Source: a candidate division FCPU426 bacterium (GTDB lineage: Bacteria; Oederibacteriota; JAAXVQ01; JAUVAV01). From it: a DNA stretch of 64,000 nucleotides. Below are positions 1 to 9,133 of this stretch, piece by piece. Location of the stretch: positions 128,001 through 192,000 of the forward strand of contig JBFLYH010000001.1 in assembly GCA_040756875.1 (NCBI GenBank), given 5' to 3'. Below the pieces are notes generated by a model. That model was not told where the DNA came from and ran no database searches. It worked only from the letters and a program-made list of their open reading frames with translations. Position 1 is the stretch's first letter. Each line of letters starts with the position of its first letter. The position numbers and the translations under genes were made by a program.

Positions 1-1
1 G

Positions 2-169
2 AGCGCCTGGGTCACCCTGGACGATTCGCTGCACGCGGCCGGCGAAAAGCTGAAGTGCCTCTATTCCACGGACCCCGGCCAGATCAACGGCCAGGCGGCC
101 GTGGAAGCGCGCAACGGCAAGGCCGTGCGCCTGAAGCTGCCTGCGGCCGGGTTTGCGATCTGGGCCTAG
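2..169 (+). CDS. 3' end of a gene running in from the left edge, probably the C-terminus of an alpha-amylase (GH13)-family protein
   Basis: Open frame 2-169 reads SAWVTLDDSLHAAGEKLKCLYSTDPGQINGQAAVEARNGKAVRLKLPAAGFAIWA* with typical codon usage. It resembles the beta-sandwich tail of GH13 enzymes; only 55 aa are visible. Confidence 0.45.
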   Translation, partial: SAWVTLDDSLHAAGEKLKCLYSTDPGQINGQAAVEARNGKAVRLKLPAAGFAIWA

Positions 170-205
170 CAGGCTGATGACTATAGTCGATTGCGTTGCA
201 TGGAA

Positions 206-240
206 TACCCCATGAAAAATAAGAGATTTTTCATGGGGTA
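206..240. repeat. Perfect 15-bp inverted repeat with 5-nt loop
   Basis: TACCCCATGAAAAAT-aagag-ATTTTTCATGGGGTA. Confidence 0.9.
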
Positions 241-341
241 GCAGGTGCTGGCAGAACATATATGGTTTTTTTAGCACCCTGCTAGCCCAAGCGCGGGCGG
301 TCTGATATACTGGAAAAAATTCCGACAGGGAGGGCAAGCGA

Positions 342-965
342 GTGAAAAAAATATTGGTTGGCGCCATGGTGTTGGGCCTGGCTGCGGGCCAGGCCGGCTT
401 TCTGCAAGCCGGACAGGCCAAGGGACCGATTCTGGCCCAGGACATCATGCAGTGCGCCCTGGCCGGCACGACCGTGGGCTTTTCCGCGGGCATGATCGCC
501 TACGGTGACAGCGGCAACACCGAGCCCCGGACGATCCTTGTGGATTCCATTTACGGCTTCCTCGGCGGTGCGGTAATGGGCACGGGCCTGGGGGTCTATG
601 AGATCACCAACAACGGCACGGGCGTGGGTTCGACCATCGGCGGGTATGTGGCGGCCGGGACGTTTATCGGGGCGTTCATGGGAATCATCTATTCCTTCAT
701 CCCCTACGCGCTGGACGACGAGAACAACGATGCGAACAATTTCGCCGTGGGGTCCGTGGGCCTGGGACTCGGCGGCCTGATCGGCGGCGGCCTGGGGCTG
801 GGCGTGGCGATTTTGGACCTGAGCCTGCGGGAACCCGGAGGCAAGCAGGACGACCTGCTGTTGTCAGGCACCGTGGGCCTCCAGCCCGAGACCCGCTGGC
901 TGTCCGTGACCGGCGAACAGCCGCCGGCCATTTGCTGCCGGGTGCTGGAACTTCGCTACCGGTGA
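342..965 (+). CDS. Hypothetical exported/membrane protein with glycine-zipper segments
   Basis: GTG start with GGAGGG RBS; signal-peptide-like N-terminus; several GxxxG-rich hydrophobic stretches. Confidence 0.75.
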   Translation: MKKILVGAMVLGLAAGQAGFLQAGQAKGPILAQDIMQCALAGTTVGFSAGMIAYGDSGNTEPRTILVDSIYGFLGGAVMGTGLGVYEITNNGTGVGSTIGGYVAAGTFIGAFMGIIYSFIPYALDDENNDANNFAVGSVGLGLGGLIGGGLGLGVAILDLSLREPGGKQDDLLLSGTVGLQPETRWLSVTGEQPPAICCRVLELRYR

Positions 966-987
966 GCGGGGAGAAGGGGGCAGAGAG

Positions 988-1629
988 ATGAAACGGATAC
1001 TGGGCCTTCTGGTTGCGGCCGCCCTCGCGGGCTGCGCGGCGACCGTGCTGGTAAAACTGCCGCCTGCGGTCGAACTGGGCCAATACGGCATCGTGGGCAT
1101 CGTCCAGTTCGAGGCCAGCGGCGGCGAAAACGAGGACCTCGGCCTCCTGACCACGCGACGGTTCATGCAGGCCGTGCAGGAAGCCCAGCCCGGGACCGCG
1201 TTCCTGGAGCTGGGGACCGAGCGGCAGGTGCTGGAGGCCATGAAGAGCGGCCAGTTCGACTTTGACACGGTCAAGGCAATCGGGGAGAAGTACAAGATCG
1301 GCGCGTTGGTGGTTGGCGGTCTGGACGTTTCACCCGTGAGGCCGAAGATTAAAGTGGCGCTGGATTTAAGCGCGCTCAACGCCCAGGCCCAGGTCAACGC
1401 GGCCTTGAATTCGCGCCTCTTCGACGCGTCTACCGGGGCGACGGTGTGGACCGGGTCGCGCTCCGGGACCTGGACCCTGGCCAGCATGCGGGCCGGGGAC
1501 CGGGGAGGAATCGGCGTGAACGTGAGCGATCCGGAGGGCAAGTACCGGGAAATGGTTGTGGATCTGGTCCGCGCCGTGACCAGGGATTTCAATCCGCGCT
1601 ACGAGCGCCGCAAGGCCGTGCAGGAATAA
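988..1629 (+). CDS. Lipoprotein, CsgG/TolB-N-like fold
   Basis: Lipobox LAGC; C-terminal 'SRLFDASTGATVW' pattern typical of CsgG/GNA1162-like lipoproteins. Confidence 0.7.
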   Translation: MKRILGLLVAAALAGCAATVLVKLPPAVELGQYGIVGIVQFEASGGENEDLGLLTTRRFMQAVQEAQPGTAFLELGTERQVLEAMKSGQFDFDTVKAIGEKYKIGALVVGGLDVSPVRPKIKVALDLSALNAQAQVNAALNSRLFDASTGATVWTGSRSGTWTLASMRAGDRGGIGVNVSDPEGKYREMVVDLVRAVTRDFNPRYERRKAVQE

Positions 1630-1657
1630 TTCCGTCCGGCTTGGCGCCGGCGGCGCT

Positions 1658-2059
1658 TCATTTCGCGCTTTGATGCCACCAGGCCGCGGCAATCCCGCCG
1701 GCCGCGTTGGCCGCCAGCACGACCAGCGGCGCCAACTGGCCCCAGTTCAGCCCAAACATGCCGGCCGTGGTGTGCTGCGGAAAGACATAGATCAACTGCA
1801 CCAGGGTGGGAAACAGGGAAAGCACCAGGCCGCGCCAAACCGTGCGGGACTTGAGGATGGGCAGCCAGAGCAGGAAACCCCACAAACCGCCCCACACCAC
1901 CTTGCCAAATAGAAATGAAACGGTCAGCGCCGGCGCAATGGCCACGTGCAAGACGCGGGAAATGCCGAGCTGGCCCAAAGCCCACAGGGTCAGGCCGGCG
2001 GTCAGGCCGCCCAACGCGCCTGCGGCGAAAGATAAAGAAGTATTGCGGCTGAAGCTCAT
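1658..2059 (-). CDS. Small hypothetical membrane protein (about 4 TM)
   Basis: ATG at 2059 with AGGAGG RBS; MSFSRNTSLSFAAGALGG...VVWGGLWGFLLWLP; hydrophobic throughout. True start lies inside the longer 1658..2806 ORF. Confidence 0.8.
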   Translation of the reverse strand: MSFSRNTSLSFAAGALGGLTAGLTLWALGQLGISRVLHVAIAPALTVSFLFGKVVWGGLWGFLLWLPILKSRTVWRGLVLSLFPTLVQLIYVFPQHTTAGMFGLNWGQLAPLVVLAANAAGGIAAAWWHQSAK

Positions 2060-2191
2060 GGTAAAGACCTCCTGAAATGGGAAACCGTGGTTGCTCTCTT
2101 TGGCAGCGAGGGCTTTATTATAAAGCGCGGCCAACCGGGCGCCAAATACATTTCTCGTCCCGCCCAGGCGGGCCGGAAAAGGAGGCGGGAG

Positions 2192-2953
2192 ATGAAGACG
2201 AACCTCAAACGCTGTCCGTGGTTGATGTTGCTTTTCGCGCTGCTGGTCCCGGGTCAGGGCTGGGGCCGGTCCCTGGAAGGCAAGGTGGCTGTGTCCCTGC
2301 AGGGAGGCGGGAACTGGGTATGGATGCAGGACGTCAACCGGCTGATCTCGGACCGGCACTATGTCTTCATCGACAGCGAACCCAACGAAGCGCTGGCGCC
2401 GGTCGGTTCCGCTTTTTCCGGCGGTTTGGGAGCGTATTTTGGCCTGATGCGCGACTGGCTGGTGGGGTTTCAGGTCAATGCCATGCTCCCTTTCACCGAG
2501 ATCCGCATTGGATCCGCCCTGAACCCGGACCGGGTCTACACCGTGGACCTGGGCGCCCTGGAATACGGCATGGGCGCGAAATACGCCTGGCTGCATGATT
2601 CCTCTTGGCTCTTGACCGCGGGCGTGGAGTTCGTGTACCTGGTGCTCAACAACGCCGGCGAAGTCCGCAAAGTGAGGAACGCTCTGGGCCTGCCGGGCAG
2701 CATGACCGCCACGGACCGGATCGATTACCACGGCTCCACGCTGGGGTTCAAAGTCAGCGGCAGCGCGGACCTGTACCTGTGGGACTTTTGGAGCGTGGGC
2801 CTGCAATTGGGATACCGTTACGCCCGGATCGAACGGGTGAAGGGCATTGATTTGAACGGGAAGTCCTATACGCTGAAAAACCCCGGCGGCTCCGATTTTT
2901 CCCTGGATTATGGCGGGTTCTTCCTGGTCGCCGGCAGCACGGTCTGGTTTTGA
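2192..2953 (+). CDS. Outer-membrane beta-barrel protein
   Basis: AGGAGG RBS before ATG 2192; signal peptide; alternating amphipathic strands; ends in STVWF (terminal aromatic BAM signal). Confidence 0.75.
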   Translation: MKTNLKRCPWLMLLFALLVPGQGWGRSLEGKVAVSLQGGGNWVWMQDVNRLISDRHYVFIDSEPNEALAPVGSAFSGGLGAYFGLMRDWLVGFQVNAMLPFTEIRIGSALNPDRVYTVDLGALEYGMGAKYAWLHDSSWLLTAGVEFVYLVLNNAGEVRKVRNALGLPGSMTATDRIDYHGSTLGFKVSGSADLYLWDFWSVGLQLGYRYARIERVKGIDLNGKSYTLKNPGGSDFSLDYGGFFLVAGSTVWF

Positions 2954-3066
2954 CCCCGGGCTCCGGGCGGTCGCAAAAAGACGGTGTCCAATGGATGGTA
3001 ATTATGGTATAAGAATACCTTAATTAAGGGCGCGCCGCGGGCAAGCGGCGCTGGAAAGGCTTGATC

Positions 3067-3303
3067 ATGACGTTGCTGGATTTAAAGTGCGGCGAGACCG
3101 TGAAAGTCAAGACCGTGGGCGGCGGCAAGGCCCTGTTGGAGCGCCTGCGCGGTTTCGGCGTTTTCGTGGGACGGAGGTTCCGGCTGGTCAAATGCGGGCC
3201 CTTTGCCGGACCCCTTCTGCTCGAGGACGCGGCCAACGGCGCGCGGGTGCTGCTGGGACGAGGCATGGCGGGGAAGGTTGAGGTCGAGCGTGAATCCCTT
3301 TGA
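3067..3303 (+). CDS. feoA: Ferrous iron transport protein A
   Basis: ~78 aa SH3-like FeoA pattern (RLRGFGV...GPLLL...LGRGMAGKVEV) directly before feoB. Confidence 0.88.
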   Translation: MTLLDLKCGETVKVKTVGGGKALLERLRGFGVFVGRRFRLVKCGPFAGPLLLEDAANGARVLLGRGMAGKVEVERESL

Positions 3304-5236
3304 ACCCGCCCGCGGCCGCGGCCACGAGCTTGTCATCGCCCTGGCCGGCCAGCCAAACTGCGGCAAGTCCACCATCTTCAACACGGTCGGCGGCTTCAAG
3401 GTCAACACCGCCAATTTCGCGGGCACGTCCGTGTCGTATGCCGAGACTACGGTTTGCTTCCACGGGCGCACCTTCCGCCTGATCGACCTGCCTGGCACGT
3501 ATTCGATTTCCTCCTTCGACCTGGCCGAAAAAGTCACGCGGGACTTTTTGCTCTCCGGGCAGGTGGACGTCATCATCAGCGTGGCCGACGCCTCGCTCCT
3601 GTCGCGGTCCCTGGAATTCACCCTGCAGCTCCAGGAAATGGGCGTGCCCATGGTGCTGGCGCTCAACATGATCGACGAAGCCCACCGCAAGGGCATGCAA
3701 TTTGACGTGGAGCGGTTCCGGGAACTGACCGGCGTGGCCGCGTTGGAAGTGACGGCGGTCCAGGGCAAGGGCATTCCGGAACTCTTCGCCGAGGCCATCC
3801 GCCTGGCCGAGGCGGACTACCGGCCCATCCTGCCCCAGTACGACCGCGATGTGGAGCAGTGCCTGGCGGGGATCCTGGGCCGGTATCCGGCCGCCCTGGC
3901 GACGCCGAACTTGAGCCCGCGGTTCGTGGCCATCCGGCTGCTGGAGATGGACGAACATTTCGGCCGCCTGGCCCGGGAGGCGGACCCGGCTTTCGCCGAT
4001 TTCGTCGACGATCAGCGCCGGCAGTTGGCTGAATTGCACGGCTGGCCCGAAGCCGGGGTGCTGGCCTCGCACCGGCATGCGGTCGTGCTCGACCTCTACG
4101 AACAAATCGCCACGCACCGCCGCGGCAGCAGCGAGGGCCTGCGCGAGCGCGTGGACGCGTTCATCACCTCTCCCCTGGGCGGCTTGGCCACCCTCGCGGT
4201 TTCGCTGCTGGCCATGTTCTATTCGGCGTTCTGGCTGGGCGACGTGATTTCCGGCTGGCTGGAGGGGCCGTTCGCCCGGCTGAGCGGAGCCATTCTCGCC
4301 CTCGGCGCCGGTCCGTTCGAATCTATCCTCATGGGTCTGGCGCAGGGCGTGGAAGCCGGGGCGGGCATTATTTTGCCCTATCTGATTCCGCTGCTGGTCC
4401 TGCTGGCCCTGTACGAGGACACGGGCTTCCTGCCGCGCCTGGCTTTCCTGCTGGACGGCCTGCTCCACCGCGTGGGCCTGCACGGCAAGTCCATCGTGCC
4501 GCTCATCATCGGCTACGGCTGCAACGTGCCCGCGATCATGGCCACCCGCAACCTGGACAATTGGCGCGACCGCATGATCGCCATGCTCGCCATCCCCTTC
4601 ATCACCTGTTCGGCCCGGACCGTGGTCATTTTGGCGCTGGCGGGGAAATACTTGGGCGCCGGCTGGACGGCCTTCATGTACCTGCTGGGCCTGGCCGGCG
4701 CCATGCTTCTGGCCTTCGCGCTGTCGCGGACCAAGGCCGGGTCCCTGCTCGGCGTGATCATGGACATGCCGCCCCTGCGCCGGCCGTACCCGGGCATCAT
4801 CGTCAAGAAAATCTGGCTGCGCCTGCGGGAATTCCTGGTGGTGGCCTGGCCGGTGATTGCAATCGCGAGCGTGGTTCTTTCGGTGCTGTCGTTTTATGGG
4901 TTTGACCGTTATGTCAACGCCGCCCTGGCCCCGCTCACCTCGGGCGTCATGCACCTGCCGGCTTCCACGGGCATCGCTCTGTTTTTGGGCGTTTTCAGGA
5001 AGGAACTGGCCTTGGCGATTCTCGGGACGGCTCTGGGAGGGGACATCGGCGCCGTGCTGTCGCACCAGCAAATCCTGGTGCTGGTGGTTTTTACCACCCT
5101 CTACATCCCCTGCCTGGCCACCCTGGCCGCGTTGTGGAAAGAGGGCGGATGGAAGACCTGCCTGGCTTCGGCGGCCCTGAATTTGCTGGCGGCCCTGGCC
5201 GTGGCCGGCCTGTTCGCGCGCCTGGCGCTGATTTGA
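3290..5236 (+). CDS. feoB: Ferrous iron transport protein B
   Basis: G1 GQPNCGKST, G3 DLPG, G4 NMID, gate motifs GYGCNVP and YIPC, many TM helices; GTG start overlaps feoA. Confidence 0.95.
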   Translation: MNPFEPARGRGHELVIALAGQPNCGKSTIFNTVGGFKVNTANFAGTSVSYAETTVCFHGRTFRLIDLPGTYSISSFDLAEKVTRDFLLSGQVDVIISVADASLLSRSLEFTLQLQEMGVPMVLALNMIDEAHRKGMQFDVERFRELTGVAALEVTAVQGKGIPELFAEAIRLAEADYRPILPQYDRDVEQCLAGILGRYPAALATPNLSPRFVAIRLLEMDEHFGRLAREADPAFADFVDDQRRQLAELHGWPEAGVLASHRHAVVLDLYEQIATHRRGSSEGLRERVDAFITSPLGGLATLAVSLLAMFYSAFWLGDVISGWLEGPFARLSGAILALGAGPFESILMGLAQGVEAGAGIILPYLIPLLVLLALYEDTGFLPRLAFLLDGLLHRVGLHGKSIVPLIIGYGCNVPAIMATRNLDNWRDRMIAMLAIPFITCSARTVVILALAGKYLGAGWTAFMYLLGLAGAMLLAFALSRTKAGSLLGVIMDMPPLRRPYPGIIVKKIWLRLREFLVVAWPVIAIASVVLSVLSFYGFDRYVNAALAPLTSGVMHLPASTGIALFLGVFRKELALAILGTALGGDIGAVLSHQQILVLVVFTTLYIPCLATLAALWKEGGWKTCLASAALNLLAALAVAGLFARLALI

Positions 5237-5240
5237 AAAC

Positions 5241-5274
5241 AAAAAGCGCCGGGCGGAGAAGCTCCGCCCAGCGC
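5241..5274 (-). terminator. Rho-independent terminator between convergent feoB and the 5294..5863 gene
   Basis: GGGCGGAG-aag-CTCCGCCC stem extended by GCGC pairs, with an A-run on the left (U-tract on the minus strand). Confidence 0.65.
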
Positions 5275-5293
5275 CTTGAGGAAGACCGCCGGT

Positions 5294-5863
5294 TTATTTC
5301 GCTGACTTGGCCAGTTTGGCCAAATCCATTTTGTTGACCAGCCGCTGCAGCAGGGCAACGTCGTCCATACCGTTGGCCGTCAGCTTCACGGTGAAGCGTT
5401 TGGCCACCAAGATCACGATTTCGGCCGTGGGGCTTTCGCCCCGTTCGACCCGTTCCGAACCCTGGAAGCCCTGGATGGTCACGTTTTTATAATACCCGGC
5501 GTCGGATTCGGCTTCCATGCCTTGCATCATGGTGGAAGCCATTTCGCTCATGTCCACGCCGCCGTAATTCATGGTCGCGGCATTGTCCTCGATCCTCACC
5601 TCGATGGTCTGCAGGTTTTCGTCGCCGCCTTTTTCATAGGTGACCGAGGCGAAGGACATGGACATGCCGAACGCGGTGTCCGTGGAACCTTCCACAGGCA
5701 GGCGCTTGAAGCCGGCCAGTTCCAGCGTGGGCAGAATGGCTTGCAGGGTCTTGTAGTTGACGGCTTTGGGCGTCTTGGCCGCTTTCGCGGCTGCGGCGGG
5801 AGCGGACGCGGCCAGGCCCAGAAGACAGGTTAAAACCACGGCATACGATACGGCTTTTTTCAT
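5294..5863 (-). CDS. Hypothetical secreted protein
   Basis: ATG 5863 with GGAGG RBS; MKKAVSYAVVLTCLLGLAASAPA signal peptide. Confidence 0.8.
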   Translation of the reverse strand: MKKAVSYAVVLTCLLGLAASAPAAAAKAAKTPKAVNYKTLQAILPTLELAGFKRLPVEGSTDTAFGMSMSFASVTYEKGGDENLQTIEVRIEDNAATMNYGGVDMSEMASTMMQGMEAESDAGYYKNVTIQGFQGSERVERGESPTAEIVILVAKRFTVKLTANGMDDVALLQRLVNKMDLAKLAKSAK

Positions 5864-6023
5864 GCTTGCACACCTCCGGGGACGGGATGGGCGTTCGGAT
5901 GAGCGGAGGTAGCATAGCACAAAAACCGGCTGCGGAGAAGCCGCCACCCGCGGGTTTCGGGCTTCAAATCAGCCGCGTTCTGTTGTATAACCCAAGTACC
6001 CGGCCCCAGGCCGGGGAGTAAAT

Positions 6024-7469
6024 ATGCGGATGGGCGGAACCATGACCAGCCTTGCGGGCGAACGCGTTGAAAAAGATCTGCTCGGAGAGCGGAGCCTTCC
6101 GGCTTCGGCCTTGTGGGGCATCCACAGCCTGCGGGCCCGCGAGAATTTCCCCCTGCCGCTCAATCCCGTGAACCCGCGCCTGATCCACGCCCTGGGCGAA
6201 GTCAAGCTCGCCTGCGCGCAGGTCAATCTCGACCTCGGGTACCTTGAACCTATCCGGGCCAAGGCCGTGCTGCAGGCCTGCCGCGAGCTCGCGGACGGGA
6301 TGCTCGACGAACACATCATCGTGCCCGCCCTGCAGGGCGGGGCCGGCACCAGCCTGAACCACAACGTGAACGAGGTCATCGCCAACCGCAGCCTGCTTCT
6401 GCTGGGGCGCCAGCCAGGCGACTACGCGCACTGCGATCCGCTCGAGGACGTGAACCGCCACCAGTCCACGAACGACGTGTTTCCCACGGCTCTGCGGGTC
6501 GCCGCTTACCGCGCCCTGATCGAACTGGAGCAGGCCGTGACCCGGCTGCAGGAGGCGCTGCAGCGCCGGGAGCGGGAGTTCGACTCCGTTCCCAAGCTGG
6601 GGCGCACCGAGCTCATGGACGCGGTGCCTGTCACGCTCGGCCGGGAGTTCGGCGCCTGGGCCGAGGCCCTGGCCCGCGACCGCTGGCGGCTGTTCAAGTG
6701 CCAGGAGCGGATCCGGGTGGTGAACCTGGGCGGCACGGCCGTGGGCACCGGGCTGGGCGCCCCCAAGGACTACATCTTCCGGGCCGTCGAAGCGCTTAAG
6801 CGCACGACCAACCTGCCTCTGGCCCGGGCCGAGAATCTGCTGGAAGCGACCCAGAACCAGGACGCTCTGGCCGAAGTCATGGGCATGATCAAGACCCATG
6901 CCTTGAACCTTTTAAAGATGGCCCGGGACCTGCGCCTGCTGGCCATGGGCCCGGCCGGCGGCCCGGCGGAAATCAAGCTCCAGCCCCTGCAGGGCGGCTC
7001 CACCATCATGCCCGGCAAGACCAATCCCGTGATCCCGGAAATGCTCTGCCAGGTGGCCTTCCAGGTGATCGCCGCCGATGCCGCGCTGGCCTGGGCCGTG
7101 GGCTCGGGCGAGCTGGAACTGAACGCGTTTCTGCCGGCCGCGGCCGACAACCTGCTGCGCAGCCTGGATCTGCTGATAGCCGCCAACCGCGCGGCCGCGG
7201 ACAAGTGCATTGACCTGCTCTCGGCCGATCCCGCGCAGTGCGGCCGCCTGCTGGCGGCCGCGCCCTCCGCGGTGACCGTGCTCGTGCCGGAGATCGGTTA
7301 TCACCGCGCCGAAGCCATTGCCAAGGCCATGCAGGAGCAGGGGCTCGACCTGCTGCAGGCCTGCGAGCAGGCCGGCGTGCCGGCCGAGCGGGTGCGGCAG
7401 CGCCTGTCGCCGCAGGCGGTGAATGCCCTGGGCTCCGAACCCGCGCCTCCGGAAAGGGCCAAACCGTGA
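6024..7469 (+). CDS. aspA: Aspartate ammonia-lyase (fumarase/aspartase superfamily)
   Basis: GGAGTSLN, QSTNDVFPT, GGTAVGTG and the signature GSTIMPGKTNP; start could also be 6042. Confidence 0.9.
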   Translation: MRMGGTMTSLAGERVEKDLLGERSLPASALWGIHSLRARENFPLPLNPVNPRLIHALGEVKLACAQVNLDLGYLEPIRAKAVLQACRELADGMLDEHIIVPALQGGAGTSLNHNVNEVIANRSLLLLGRQPGDYAHCDPLEDVNRHQSTNDVFPTALRVAAYRALIELEQAVTRLQEALQRREREFDSVPKLGRTELMDAVPVTLGREFGAWAEALARDRWRLFKCQERIRVVNLGGTAVGTGLGAPKDYIFRAVEALKRTTNLPLARAENLLEATQNQDALAEVMGMIKTHALNLLKMARDLRLLAMGPAGGPAEIKLQPLQGGSTIMPGKTNPVIPEMLCQVAFQVIAADAALAWAVGSGELELNAFLPAAADNLLRSLDLLIAANRAAADKCIDLLSADPAQCGRLLAAAPSAVTVLVPEIGYHRAEAIAKAMQEQGLDLLQACEQAGVPAERVRQRLSPQAVNALGSEPAPPERAKP

Positions 7470-8722
7470 GCGCCTCCCTGCACGAAGCGCCGGCCGGCGT
7501 GCGCCTGCACATCGGCCTGTTCGGCCGCCGCAATGTAGGCAAGTCCTCCCTGATGAACGCCCTGGCCGGCCAGGCGGTGTCCATCGTCTCTCCGCAGGCC
7601 GGCACCACCACGGACGTGGTGAGCAAGGCCGCCGAACTTCAGCCCCTGGGCCCTGTGCTGTTTCTGGATACGGCCGGCCTCGACGACGAGGGCGAGCTGG
7701 GCCAACAGCGCGTCCGGTCCAGCCGCAAGGCCCTGGAGCGCACGGACTTGGTGCTGCTGGTCGCGGAAGGGAAGTGGACGCCTTTTGAGGAGGCGCTGGT
7801 CGCGGAGCTCAAGGCCCGCAACCTGCCTGTAATCGCCGTGCTTGCCAAAAGCGATCTCCACCGCGCGGACGAGGCCCTGCGGCTGGCGGCCGGGCGCGGG
7901 GCAACCGAGGTTGTGGAGGTGTCGGCCCTCACCGGCGAAGGCCTGCTGGCGCTTAAGGAAGCCGTTATCCGCCACGCGCCCCGCGAATCCCTGGAGCGCA
8001 GTTCGATCCTGAGCGGGCTGGTGGGGCCGGGCGACTGGGTGGTGCTGGTGGTGCCGATCGACCTGGAAGCCCCCAAGGGCCGCCTGATCCTGCCCCAGGT
8101 GCAGACCCTGCGCGAGGCGCTGGACTGCGATGCCAAGGCTGTGGTGGTCAAGGAGCGCGAATTGTCCGACGCCCTGCGCCAGCTGGGCAGCCGGCCCAAA
8201 CTGGTGGTGACAGATTCGCAGGCCATCCTGAAAGTCGCCGCGGACGTGCCGGACGACGTTCCGGTGACCGGGTTTTCGGTGTTGTACGCCCGCTGGAAGG
8301 GCGACCTGGCGACGTTCGTAGAGGGCGCCGGCGTCATTGACCGGTTGCAATCGGGCGACGCGGTGCTGATCGCCGAAGCGTGCACGCACCACGCCATCGC
8401 CGACGACATCGGCCGGGTCAAGATCCCCCGCTGGCTGGCCCAATACACGGGCGCGCAGCTACGTTTCGAACACAGCGCGGGCCATGATTTTCCGCCCAAC
8501 CTGAAGGACTTCCGGCTGGTCATCCAGTGCGGCGCCTGCATGACCAACCGCCGCGAAATCCTGTCGCGGATCCTGGCCGTGCAGACGGCCGGCGTACCCA
8601 TCACGAATTACGGCCTGGCGATCGCCAAATGCCAGGGCGTACTGGAGCGCATGTTGTCGCCTTTCCCGGAGTTTTCCGGACAGTTGCATTCCCGGGCGGG
8701 TGTGCTAGAATACGGAGCTTAG
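7466..8722 (+). CDS. hydF: [FeFe]-hydrogenase H-cluster maturation GTPase HydF
   Basis: GRRNVGKSS, GTTTD, DTAG, APKGRLILPQVQ, TDSQ, EACTHH...DIGRVKIPRW...QCGACM; GTG start overlaps aspA stop (GTGA). Confidence 0.95.
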   Translation: MSASLHEAPAGVRLHIGLFGRRNVGKSSLMNALAGQAVSIVSPQAGTTTDVVSKAAELQPLGPVLFLDTAGLDDEGELGQQRVRSSRKALERTDLVLLVAEGKWTPFEEALVAELKARNLPVIAVLAKSDLHRADEALRLAAGRGATEVVEVSALTGEGLLALKEAVIRHAPRESLERSSILSGLVGPGDWVVLVVPIDLEAPKGRLILPQVQTLREALDCDAKAVVVKERELSDALRQLGSRPKLVVTDSQAILKVAADVPDDVPVTGFSVLYARWKGDLATFVEGAGVIDRLQSGDAVLIAEACTHHAIADDIGRVKIPRWLAQYTGAQLRFEHSAGHDFPPNLKDFRLVIQCGACMTNRREILSRILAVQTAGVPITNYGLAIAKCQGVLERMLSPFPEFSGQLHSRAGVLEYGA

Positions 8723-8761
8723 CAGGCAGAATACGGCCGTGAGCCGGGCAGGAGGCTGGTT

Positions 8762-9034
8762 ATGGATCGCGATTCGCGGTATTGGGAAGCCCGCAACTGG
8801 GTGGTGGCGCTTAAAATTTTCTACATTCACCTGATCGCCTACGTGGTGGTGAATTTCGGATTGATCGTACTCAACCTGACCACGTCGCCCAAACAGCTGT
8901 GGTTCTTCTTCCCGCTGTTCGGGTGGGGCATCGGCATCCTGGCCCACGCGCTGGCGGTTTTCGGCTTGGGCGGCTTTCTGGGACGCAGCTGGGAAGATAA
9001 AAAGATCCAGCAATACCTGGAAAGGAAAAAATAA
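8762..9034 (+). CDS. 2TM-domain small membrane protein
   Basis: FYIHLIAYVVVN...WFFFPLFGWGIGILAHAL...WEDKKIQQYL is the characteristic 2TM pattern. Confidence 0.85.
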   Translation: MDRDSRYWEARNWVVALKIFYIHLIAYVVVNFGLIVLNLTTSPKQLWFFFPLFGWGIGILAHALAVFGLGGFLGRSWEDKKIQQYLERKK

Positions 9035-9133
9035 GCGCCTGCCCGCGCATGGTTTTTTGTTCCCTCTGGTCTAAGGTAAGGGAGGCCCGGCTGGCCGGAT
9101 GCGCCGGACCCCTTACCATCAGGGGGCGAAACC

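Noticed and set aside
165-200. GCTGATGAC as part of a fluoride riboswitch
   Set aside because: The upstream pseudoknot partner and conserved 5' motif are missing, and the downstream gene is unrelated
2990-3030. Fur box upstream of feoA
   Set aside because: The region is AT-rich but matches the 19-bp Fur consensus too poorly to call
3188-5242. Long antisense ORFs such as this 684-aa frame (also 31672..33213, 34893..36254, 51297..52802, 56174..57427)
   Set aside because: They are shadows of well-supported genes on the opposite strand, expected in high-GC DNA, with no recognisable motifs
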